NCBI GenBank assembly: GCA_046563655.1
Contig: CM102285.1
Span: 15,128,001-15,192,000, forward strand
DNA: 64,000 nt
Direction: 5' to 3'
Source of the DNA: Yuukianura sp. NJ FZ-2021
Taxonomy: Eukaryota
Shown here: positions 51,801 to 62,290 of the stretch, one piece after another
Layout: the number at the start of each line of letters is the position of its first letter
Position numbering within the stretch: the first letter of the stretch is position 1
Made by a program: the position numbers and the translations under genes
The notes under the pieces: generated by a model
What the model was told of the DNA's origin: nothing
Seen by the model: the letters and a program-made list of their open reading frames with translations, nothing else
The model's database searches: none

Positions 51801-54800
51801 TTTTCCAAATTCCATTAAAAAGTGCAAAAAATTCCGATTTCTTCAATTCAGTTAGTATTTCAGCGTTTTTGCGTCGTTTTGACTTTGCGTTTTTGCGCTG
51901 TTTTGAATCGTATGAGACGAAACCCTTTTCTGTTTCTGAGAACGAAGGGCTCTCCTTTGCGTCTTTTCTTGAAAGGGGCCCTTTGTAAGTTTTTAAGGGC
52001 CCAGGAGCATGTGTGGTTGAAGTTTTTGTACAAAGTGGTGCATAAGTCCAAATTCAACCATGGCCATAAAGTTATGTTTGATGTTTGGTGAACTGTGACA
52101 GCTGAAATGGGGCAGTTTCAAAGGATCCCTTCCAAAGAAGTCCCCCCAGAGTCAGGGGGACCCTTAGATCTGAGGAACAAAAGAAGGTGCAGAATAAGGA
52201 AACTCTTCAAGGGACCAGGGGACCCTTGGACCAAAAAAAGATTTCGGCACGTGGCAAAATCCTCACCTCCGTGTGTCATCTCAGAGATCACAAAGATTCC
52301 AGTCTAAAACAATCCAAGTTCAAACCCTCAATCATACAAGATCAATTTCACAGGAAGAGCAAACTGCGTCATTTCCACTTAAAAAAAATGAAACAAAAAG
52401 CATCAAATTTTGAATTTTATTTTTAGAAACACCTCTTTTCAGAATTTAAAGCACGAACAATCGTTATCAACCTTTGAAGTAAAAACTCAGAGAAGCCTAT
52501 TTTTGGAACCCAATTTGGATTTTTCCAGAAACAGTCAAAAAAGATAAACCAAAATTACTTTTTAACAAAAATTCAGGTGAAATTTCAACTTTTTAATTTT
52601 ATTTGTGCATCATGTGATAATGGCCGTGATTTTTTAGTGGAGTGGGCATTGACCTTGTCTGGTGGGTTTTAGTGAAGGCCATGCTGGCCGAAAGTGAAGT
52701 GGGCACGGGTTTGTGTGAAGTGCTTCCGTGTTTCCAGCACATCCAGATACAAACACAAAACAATCACAACTTATCACTACGAAAGATTACTTTTAAAACC
52801 CAAATTCAATGTTCCCCACGGGACGACCTTGTGATGGGGAACTATCACAAATTATACTACTTTTTAGGTTTTTAGTACCAAAAGATGCTGATTCTGCTCC
52901 AGTGCAGATGACACACGACACTTGCTCAAGTCCAGGAAACGATCCTCTGCATTTTAAAACACTCTAACACTTTAATCGACACTTTAAACAACAACATTCT
53001 CAAACATTGTCTCATAAAATTCTAATATTCCCACACTATTGCCACAATTTATGACCTACAAAGAGTCGTCTTCCGACGATCAGGAATCAGGATGTGTCAA
53101 TTCCTGATGCATAGTCACTTCATGTGTCATCATCACATGACCTTCCTATTTTAATGGCAACATCCCCCTCAAGGTCACTCCAAACACTTTTACATAGTTT
53201 CATTTCCAAAAATACCATGAGGGGGTAAGCATCTCACAAAATTTCAATTTTTCCATGAGGGGAAAAAGTTGCAAAATCCAAACTGGATTTTAGCGGAGAT
53301 AGAGGAAAATAAATCGGAGTTAAATATTTTGAAATTAAAAAGTGAATTTAGGTAGAGGGTTTGGTTGTTTGAGAAAACAATTGTAAAAATACAAGTGTTT
53401 TTTAATTGGAGTTTGAATTATTCCATTAGTCCTCTGGTCGGAAGAGGATTAGAGGAGGTGAAAACGCCTGTTTTTAGAGATGAGCGGATGAGAGGGAGGC
53501 TGTGATTGGTGGATTTGTGGGAGTATGTGGCTCATCTGGACACAAGTCGAGGTCATGTCATGTTCAAATCCAGATAAAGTCTTGTCTCTTATTTTTGTAG
53601 CAACTGGTTTGGGCGCCTACATTAGAAAAGCCATTAGAAAGTTAGCTAAAGTGATAGTTAATCTGTAGGTGTATGGCAGTTGTAGGTTTATCTGTAAGTC
53701 AAAGTCACATGGACATCGTGAGACGCAGAAGAAACGACGCAGGAGGAGCAACAGTCGGCATGACGGCGTCATTGGACTTCTGTGCGGGTGTGGTGTGACC
53801 CGTGACATTTGGACTTCGCTTCAATTCACAATTCAGACCATGTCTCTGCCGGATCCAAACTTCACTAATGACTTTTTCCTAATCACTTCTCATTTTGTAA
53901 CCTATTTAGTCTAAATAATAAGCTTGGAATCTTTGGAGGCGGGGCACTTCATTATGTAAAAGAAAATTACTGTAAATTGCAACGTTTTTATCCCCCATAA
54001 TGAAAGTAAAACGGAAAATTTTTATCTTGGAAAAACGGTAACCGGCGTTCAACTTGAACTTTTTAAAATTCAACTCCGATGTTTTTAAAATTCAAAATTT
54101 AAGTTTTCTTTTTTCGTTTGATGTGAGGAGTGGTTTTTAATTAATTGTTATCTTCTTAAGCGTGTATGTTTGAGAGTATCGAATTCCCATAAGTGGCTGA
54201 GGATATTTATCTCCAGGAGAGATAAGGATAGTCTCAAGTTTCTTTTTCCATCGTGTGTGCTGAGCCCTTGAGGTCAGAGAAAGGTCAAGGAGTTGGTTCT
54301 TTGATTTAAATTATCACTTTTCAATAAATTAGACTCCACTTATCTCCAGTTGCTAAGGCTGGCTTCTCTTTTTAGAGATGAAAGATTCCTCCAGAATCAA
54401 GGATTTCTATTTATACAAAACAAACAGCTTCCCCTTCTCTCTGGCTGTCAAATGTCGATTAAAACGATTAGAAACTTTGTGCGTCTTTTCATCTTTTGTC
54501 ACTCACCACCAAAAAACAAAAGCAGAATCAAGTATCAACTCATTTTTCACAAGGATCCGAGGAATAGTCATCTCTGTTTCTTCAGTTTCGAAGCGTGAGG
54601 CCCTTAAGGGCTCCCTCGGATTTGGGGTACTTGATGCTTTTGGAGGAGAGACTTTGATGGTGTGGACCAATGGGAGGCTGTGGGAACATGATCTTGTGTT
54701 CTCTCGCAATCTAATCTCCTCATTTCAAACTACTTCCAGATCGTTCTATTTTTAATTCCAGGAGATAACCAATTAACGCAGTTAATTCTAAGTAATTAAG

Positions 54801-56926
54801 CACAAATTAGTGTTTTCCACAACCTTCTAGACAATTCCGCATTATTGTGTCATTGTATGGCTCAAAGCGGCGTGAGTGTAAGATGAAAGTGAAAAGTTAT
54901 GATGCTGGATGGTTTTAAATATTTGTACTTTGGAAGATGTACTTTGTAAGTGTTGATTAAAAAGTAATGAGGAAAAACATTCCTCTCATTCTGCTGATCT
55001 GTCTCAATTTCTGCCACTTTTTATGACGACCTTCAACACAATTACTAATTCAGCAACAATCCCAACTTTATCATTCTCTTCATTGTTGTGAAAACATTTT
55101 AGTATTTTCCAAAAGTCACCTAAAGTTTTTAATTGTATTTTGTGAAAAGAAAGTCGTAAAATCCAGTTGTAAGAGGGAATTGTTTGGAATTTGTTTGAAA
55201 TTTTTTTTTTATGAAATTTGAAATTTAGTTTTTAGTGTTTCAGTTTCTATTTTTGTGTGATGCTCCACCCACATATCTCATGCGTTTGACCCGCTTGACC
55301 CCTATGTGTGTGTGCGAAATTGGGTCAAGCGATGAGTGTTTGGCAGAATTTAGCACAAAAATAATGTAGTTCCAGCTGGTTTTTAGCTAGAGTTCAACGT
55401 CACTAAACTTTTCATCCCGCATGACATAGTGAAAATCAAAAACTGCAAGATTGTCGACGGCTTTTCAGGTTTTATTTGATTTCTAAAAGTTATTTTTATT
55501 CTAAACACAAATAACTTACACTCTTTGGATAATTTTTTAGTAAATTGACAATTGACATGTTCATTAAAAGCAGAAATTAAAATGAGCCAAGAACTTTGTT
55601 TAAAATTTAAAACCATGAAGGTGAAATTTAAAAAAACTGAATGAGAGTAGCTCAAGAGATTTTATAATCTAGATGACCTTCACACTAAAAAAAATTAAAC
55701 TTTCCTTAACTTTCCTTTTAACCTTAGTTTTTTTTAAATTAAAGAAAGTTATCACAGTTGTCCTACCCTTTTCTAAACTTCTGTTTTAAAATTAACTCTA
55801 ACAATTCCTATAAATCGTTACTTGGAAACACAGAAAACTGAAATTTTGAAATTCTGAAAACTGAAATTTTGAAAGTTGGACTGACTTTTTAATGTTGTTT
55901 GAGTAGACAATTGTTGAGACAAGTGTTCCTCCCTCTGTCAACTTTTTAAGTTGGAGTGACATTAATTGACCCACGAGTGAAAGGTGACAACTTTCCTCCC
56001 ATTGTCTTAATTGTAATTAAAACTCTCATTAAACGGAAATGCTTTACTTTAATTAACTCTTTAGAGTTAGTGATTAAGGGAAACACACAAACTACTCCTA
56101 TGTTTCATAATCTAACACAAAACTACTTTTTAAATAAAAATAAAATAGTTACAACTAATTCGTCCCAAAATAATATTTTAATACAACTAATTAAAACTTA
56201 AACACTTAATTGGAAACAGGAGTTTCTACACATTCTAAAAGTTACTTTCTAGAATAAACTTTGGAATAGTGGACTCGGATGCCAAAGGACGTCGGCCTCT
56301 GGGGCGACATATGTCGCCAATGTCGCCGTCAATCTACGACTACAATAAACTTTGTTCTGAGATAAACTGAAGACTCCCTCCGCAACACACTCGTCAAATG
56401 ACTCCTTCGCTCTCCAACTTCTTCATCTTCCTAACATCCATCACTGCAAACTAAAAAACCAAAACACTTTTTAACAACTTTTTTCAAAACGTATGATTTC
56501 TTAAACTTATTTTTTTTTTTTGAAATTTGCTTTAAACTGAATGAATCGCGGGGTGAAAGAAGTTCGAGTTGCGGTTTTTCGTAATGTTGTGTCTGGTGAT
56601 GGTTTTACACACTCATGACACATCGGAAAATCGGAAATTAAAACAGAATGGGGAATCCTCCAAACACGAGGAAAATTTAAAACTGGGTCAAACGTTGACA
56701 CCTTCAACAAAAAAACGCAATGGATATTTCCAAAAATTGACTTTTCGAAATCAAGTTTTTCGGAAAAGAAGTTTGAAATCAAGAATTTTGGAATGAACTC
56801 AATTCAACCCCTCATCAATGTTAAAAATGACAGGAAATCAAATTTTGCTAAATTTTTTTGTTGGAAGAATGAAATTGAAATTTTTGTGAAGGGTGAAATT
56901 TTTTTTTGAAAAAGTGAAAAGCTTTC

Positions 56927-58027
56927 TTACTGAATTCCGTTTTGGATGTGATGATGCTGGAAGGTCTCTAGGTGTTTGTTGAACTCTCGGTGGATTTGCT
57001 CCGGAAGTCCGCCCACGTTGGAGAAAAATGACCTCAGGAAGGTCAACTCCTCCGTCAAAAGTTCAATTTTCTTCTGGAGTCGGTCATTTTCTTTACATAA
57101 AATTTTGACCCGCTCCTCCGTTTCTTTGGACCGAATTTTTGCCTTTTCGCGTGATTTCCTCACGGCAATGTTGTTCCTCTCCCGACGTCGCTTGTATTCG
57201 TCACTGGCCTTGTCCACATTCTTCATCTTCTTGGAGTGGTGGTGACCATGGTGACCATGGTGCAGATTTTTGTTGAAGGTCAATGACTTGGTGACGATGA
57301 GGTCATGACCTCCGTGACCTGGGAGAAGACTCGGAGTGAGTGCGTGGTGGGTGGGGTGCATGTAGGCATTCGGAGAGTAGCCTTGACTACTGCTCGAACT
57401 GGGCGAAGTGACATTGGACAGAGGGTTGGAGTAGGACGAAGAGCCATAAGATGAAGAAGAAGCCTGCTCAGAAGAACTGACGCCGTTGCCACCAAAGTCA
57501 CCACCGCCGTTGCCACCGTTGCCGCGGTGACCTTGGTCCATCGGCTCCTCTTTGACTGTGACATCTTGACCTCCATTGGCCCCACCTTGAGTCCCGCTCG
57601 TGGTGGAGTTGACATTGGTGGTTGAGGAGGGGTTGAAAGTGGAGCCACCATGGACAGGTTGTGGCATGTATGCTAGTGGGTTTCGAGTGAAGGAGCCACC
57701 AGTGGCCCCACCATTGGTGGAGTGGACATGGTGGTGCTGATGTGGGGCAGTTCCGTTTCTGAGCTGGGAGTATTCGAGTAGAGATGTTTTGTGGGACAAC
57801 AACGCTTGGTGCTTCTCGTGGAGCAGTTCGGGGAAAAGTCCGTCGCTGACCTCGAAGTTGGGGTCATCGATGAGTGCCTGGAGGTCAAGTGACAATTCTG
57901 GGTTCTCCAGGTCAGCCGGGTCAACTTCACTCGTTGACCCGTTGAGGTAAGAGCGAACCTTGACCGTGATGGCCGCTTTTTTCAAGGAATCCAGTCCAGA
58001 GTCGTACATTTGAGGAGAAGAAGCCAT
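56927..58027 (-). CDS. C/EBP: CCAAT/enhancer-binding protein (canonical C/EBP, slbo-like), intronless CDS
   Basis: bZIP VDKASDEYKRRRERNNIAVRKSREKAKIRSKETEERVKILCKENDRLQKKIELLTEEL; N-terminal SPQMYD; ELSLDLQALIDD...LFPELL activation/Tribbles box; VKEEP SUMO motif. Start at 58027 (aacATGg) preferred; an in-frame ATG is also present at 58045. Confidence 0.95.
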   Translation of the reverse strand: MASSPQMYDSGLDSLKKAAITVKVRSYLNGSTSEVDPADLENPELSLDLQALIDDPNFEVSDGLFPELLHEKHQALLSHKTSLLEYSQLRNGTAPHQHHHVHSTNGGATGGSFTRNPLAYMPQPVHGGSTFNPSSTTNVNSTTSGTQGGANGGQDVTVKEEPMDQGHRGNGGNGGGDFGGNGVSSSEQASSSSYGSSSYSNPLSNVTSPSSSSSQGYSPNAYMHPTHHALTPSLLPGHGGHDLIVTKSLTFNKNLHHGHHGHHHSKKMKNVDKASDEYKRRRERNNIAVRKSREKAKIRSKETEERVKILCKENDRLQKKIELLTEELTFLRSFFSNVGGLPEQIHREFNKHLETFQHHHIQNGIQ

Positions 58028-58041
58028 GTTCCCGGAAATTA

Positions 58042-58056
58042 TCATTGTTCATACAT
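58042..58056 (-). promoter_or_regulatory. Short uORF (MYEQ*) just upstream of the C/EBP start
   Basis: Minus strand reads ATG TAT GAA CAA TGA, ending 14 nt before ATG 58027 and overlapping the in-frame ATG 58045. Confidence 0.55.
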
Positions 58057-58174
58057 TCACTAATTACACAAATTAAAAATTAACACGGAAGGTCAAAGGT
58101 CACGTACCTAAACACTCAGTTTTCTAAAAATAGAGCACCATGCACTGTAACTTTAAAAAAAAGTGTCAAACAGT

Positions 58175-58270
58175 GTCACTTTTGCAAAAATCTTGGAACA
58201 TTTGGGAATATTTTGCAAAGTAGTCAAATTTTGTGACTTTTGCAAAAATCTTGGAACATTTGCGAATTGT
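58175..58270. repeat. Direct duplication (~57-nt period) upstream of C/EBP
   Basis: acttttgcaaaaatcttggaacatttg occurs twice. Confidence 0.8.
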
Positions 58271-58867
58271 TGTGAATATTTTTGGGAATTGTTGCGATTT
58301 TGTTGCAAAGTAGTTAGTGTTTGTAGAACGAGAGTGAGATGATGTCTGAGTGTGATAAGTGTTAGATAAGTTATTGTTGAAAGTAGGCCACTCAGTTTCC
58401 CTTTCGTTGGGGACTCGCCTGAGGCCTTCCTGCGTCTCTTCCTTGTGACAGATGAAGAATGCTGGGAAGTATATTGAGAGTACTGGGAAGTATCGAGTAG
58501 TACTGGGAGTTGAGCAGTGACTGTGCGGAGTCTCAGACGGGGAATGAGAAAGTGGTGAGGTAAGAGTCTCAATATATTCCACTCCCAGGCACAAACCCTC
58601 CCTTCGCCCTACTTCCCTCTCCATTCCAAATACTTCCACCCTCTTCTATAAAATAACACAAAGTCACTATTCCAGCACTGGAACTCACTTTTCTGGAAAT
58701 TTCGCTAAATTTCGCTAAAATTAAGCCTGGAAGTGGCCTAGGTCAAGCGATGACCTCAACGGTCAACTACCAATGATTTGTTAAAAGAAATGACCGGCTT
58801 TCAAGGTAATTAGAAAAATAAAAGTCACCCCCGAATTTTGTTTTCTACAATTTTGTCAAAACAGCCT

Positions 58868-58996
58868 AAAAAAAATTTAGCGTTTTAGTTAAAAAAAATT
58901 AGCGTTTCATCCAACTTATTTAGCGTTTTATCAAAAAAATTTAGCGTTTTAGTCTGAAAATTCAGCGTTTTAGTCAGAACATTTAGCGGTTTAGTG
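58868..58996. repeat. Minisatellite, ~21-bp unit x6
   Basis: Repeated aaatttagcgttttagt variants. Confidence 0.85.
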
Positions 58997-61227
58997 AAAA
59001 TTTTTGAAGAAAGTCAACTTCTGTTGTCTAAAACTTGTGCTTGATGCTGGAGATGTTTGATAATGAAAGTGAGATGATAGAATTGTTGTGTTTGAGTGAC
59101 AATGGGATCATTTGGTTCTTATGTAATGTGCTTAAAAGTGAGTTTTGAGTTGTGATTGTTGGAAATGCAGTGGCACGTCCACGGTGGAGTCCAAGTTGTG
59201 ATTTAGTTTTGGTTTTCATGGCCTAATTGCTCTTCTCACCTGTAGTCCCCCCACAGAACGTGACAAAGTGCCTGTGCTGGGGAGATGTGTGGGTCGTTTT
59301 GCAATTGGGGTCAACATTTGCACATTAAACACGGAAACGGATGGAGTAGTTGCACTTTGCCAAAAGTTATAACACTGCCACACACAACAACTTGTACCAA
59401 AACACTCACTTTTTAACATTTCAATCCACTCCAAGCACACAGCATCCCCACTTTTACTCAACTGGAAAAGCACAATTTAAAACATTTTGAAAACATGAAT
59501 TTCATTGTCTCGTCTGTGCGAGACGAAAACAGAAAGTGCAAGTGTCGCTCTAAAATTGCACAACAGCAAATTGAAACTTGGCAAACTGCAAAGGAATTCA
59601 AGATGCACTTTCAAACTGTTCAAAATATTTTCAAAAACAAAGTACAGGATGAGCAGCAATGATCAAAGTTTAAAATTACGGACAGTTGTCCTTCCACCTT
59701 TCACTTTCTAAACGTTCAATTTCAGAGAAAGGAGTTTTTACTTTTTAAGAAGAAAAAACAGTATTTTTTTCATTTTGGACTGGTTTTGTGTGAATTTGGA
59801 CTTTTTAAGTTGAGTAGATGAAAAGTATGTAAGTTTATTATGAAAATAGTGGAGAGTAGCTCTGTATTTTGTGAAGATAAAGACAATTAAGGGAGAGATG
59901 AGCGTTGAATTGGGAAGTTACTAACGTAGTTTGTAGTAGTAGTGAACAACGCAGTTGATCCTGTTATCTGCATGACACTGGACACCAGTCGGAGTGGAAT
60001 TAGGAGTGACATTGATTCATAAGCTTAATCACCACCATCATCACAAACTAACTTCTGCCAACTAAGCTTTTTAATAAACATCTTCCATTCAACAGGTTAA
60101 GCCACGCTTACTTTTTTCCAATTTGGATTTTTCAACTTCGCCAATCTTCACTCCTAAAAATTGCTCTGCAAAAAAGGAAAAAAAGCTGGGTGTGGAGCGT
60201 CATTTTTTAAGCATTTAAAAAAAAGTAAAAACAGTGATCCGAGAATTGAGAAGATAATAATTTTTTTTTTCATAAAAATTTTGTTAGATTTGAATTTCCA
60301 GAGTATTTGAGGATTGGAGCACCACGCCACTAGTACTAACCTAATCAGTTTTTGAAGCAAGTTTCTTTAAAAAGTTTCTTTGAAGTTTGAATCGCCTGCC
60401 CTCTTTGTCGTGACCTTTGACCTTGCTCTGAGTTCTGGACTCCGTCTGAAGGTCAGGACCAAGTTGGAAGAAATGAAAAGTGAGTTCCAGTGCACTGGAG
60501 TCGCAGATAAGCATTTTTGTGTCTGGATTTGAGTTTTAATGTCATTTTGACTAAGTTTTGGGCTGATTGAGGCCTCTCGGTAGAAAACAAAAGAGAGACG
60601 TGACGCTGTGTGTGAATTTTGGAAGAGACGGAACAGGAGACGCTTGGATTTCTTTGTGATGCATTGATTTTAACTTTTTAAACGGTGACCTTTGTCTCTT
60701 CGTCTGCATTTCCAAGCTGTCTGCGTCTTCTTCACTGTCGGACATTTTTGAGACACAAGACGCTGAATTTTAAAGTAGGCGGTTCCTCCGTTGCACAAAA
60801 GATGAGGAGACATTCAACTTTTATAAGATGCACTTCCACATGCATCCAGGGGTCCAATTTGCCAATTGTTTTTCACTAGTCCACAAATCTGACATGAAAA
60901 GATGTCAAAAGTCCACGGACTTTCACAAAACACTCCCAACTCAAGTAGCTTTAATTAAAAAAATTTTGAAATACAACTAAAAATGATTTCTGGGCAACCA
61001 AAAGTTTTAATTCAGAATCTCTCAAACACGCAAAACTTTTAAAGTATTCGCACTCTTCGATTAAACCAAAACTTTAAAATTACTCTAAAATATTTAACAC
61101 AACACAAGTCAGGATATTAAGATAAGGAAATCGGAAAAACTTTGCGATTCTCGTCAGACTTTTGGAACTTGTGTTAATTTTTAGAATTTAAAAAGTTAGC
61201 GTGGGTTGTTTAAAAATTGTGACTGCG

Positions 61228-61245
61228 TGGCGCCATCTAGCGGTG
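61228..61245 (-). promoter_or_regulatory. CTCF-like binding motif
   Basis: Reverse complement CACCGCTAGATGGCGCCA matches the CTCF core consensus; a weaker, oppositely oriented TAGATGGCG lies near 61267. Confidence 0.6.
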
Positions 61246-61293
61246 GGAATTTTGAATTCAAAGTTGTAGATGGCGGTAAAGCTTAGGAGAGAG

Positions 61294-61334
61294 ATTTCGC
61301 AACTCAGCTGATTGCAAAATACTCATGACGCAAT
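61294..61334. promoter_or_regulatory. Cluster of C/EBP and C/EBP-ATF composite-like sites in the C/EBP-gamma promoter
   Basis: ATTTCGCAAC 61294-61303, ATTGCAAAAT 61311-61320, ATGACGCAAT 61325-61334. Confidence 0.5.
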
Positions 61335-61555
61335 CTGCATCCGTTTCCTCAAGCAAAAGAGAAAGTTTACTCACTTGGGTGGGATCTTAACGTTAAATTG
61401 TCGATTACTAATTAACTAATTAACACATTCTTAACTTTGTCCATTCACCGGTTTGAAATTGCGGACTCGGGTAAGACTATATCGGTTAAAACGTTACATT
61501 TACGTAAAGTATAAAAAAAGTTTGTATAAGTTAGGAACGTTACAATTTGTGAGAA

Positions 61556-61670
61556 TCTTGAATCAAGAGTCTTGATTCAAGACTCTTCGCTCGATGAACA
61601 AATGAATCAATAGTCTTGATGAGTCACGTGAATCAAGAGTCTTGATTCATTGGATTCATTGTTGATTCAT
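61556..61670. repeat. Palindromic tgaatcaagagtcttgattca repeats in the first intron of C/EBP-gamma
   Basis: tcttgaatcaaga-g-tcttgattcaaga is a perfect 13-bp-arm inverted repeat; a second copy lies near 61629-61649, with further partial copies. Confidence 0.75.
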
Positions 61671-61720
61671 AATTGATTGTATCTGACACTGATCTAATTG
61701 TTTTTGTAGAAGAAGACGAG

Positions 61721-62290
61721 ATGGGGAAGAAGTCGCAGTCGAAGGAAGTGGACAAGGATTCTCCGGAGTACCTTGAAAAGAGAATGAAGAACAATCGAGC
61801 TGTTAAGAGAAGTCGGGACAAAACGAAAGCCAAAGCAATGGAAGCCACGACCAGAGTCCAAAGACTTCAGACTGAAAACGAACATCTTCGCTCCACTGTG
61901 GACAACATGACGGCAGAGCTCAAGTACCTGAAGGAAATGCTTATATGCCAAGCAGGTACTACAATTCAATCAATTAATCAACAGTTGTTCCCTTGATAAG
62001 TTCAGGTTAACTAAGTATTGTTTTTGATGGCAGGTACATCGGAGTATCTGAGTCCCGGAACAGAAGCGGACATTGAATATCTTCTTCGTGATGATACCCC
62101 AACAGACTTGGAGAAGATATCGAATGTACTGGCTGAAATGCGGAGGATACAAAGTGTACAGCAGCGCGGTGACGAACATCCGCCAACAGCACATTCACAT
62201 CACCACCTTGGTGGATTGCCAGCACAAACCGGACCATCATCAGACCCCAATCACATCAACTACCATCAACTCCATCCTGTCCACTTTTAA
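61721..62290 (+). CDS. CEBPG: C/EBP-gamma (Irbp18-like) short bZIP protein, 163 aa
   Basis: Exons 61721-61955 and 62034-62290, with an upstream non-coding exon (donor 61471, acceptor 61709). bZIP DKDSPEYLEKRMKNNRAVKRSRDKTKAKAMEATTRVQRLQTENEHL...ELKYLKEML; no N-terminal activation domain. Confidence 0.85.

Noticed and set aside
56303..56318. Perfect 16-bp palindrome ggcgacatatgtcgcc
   Set aside because: A single occurrence with no supporting context.
58153..58639. 139-aa and 157-aa minus-strand ORFs upstream of C/EBP
   Set aside because: Non-ATG starts, partly produced by a local duplication, and located in the likely leader/promoter.
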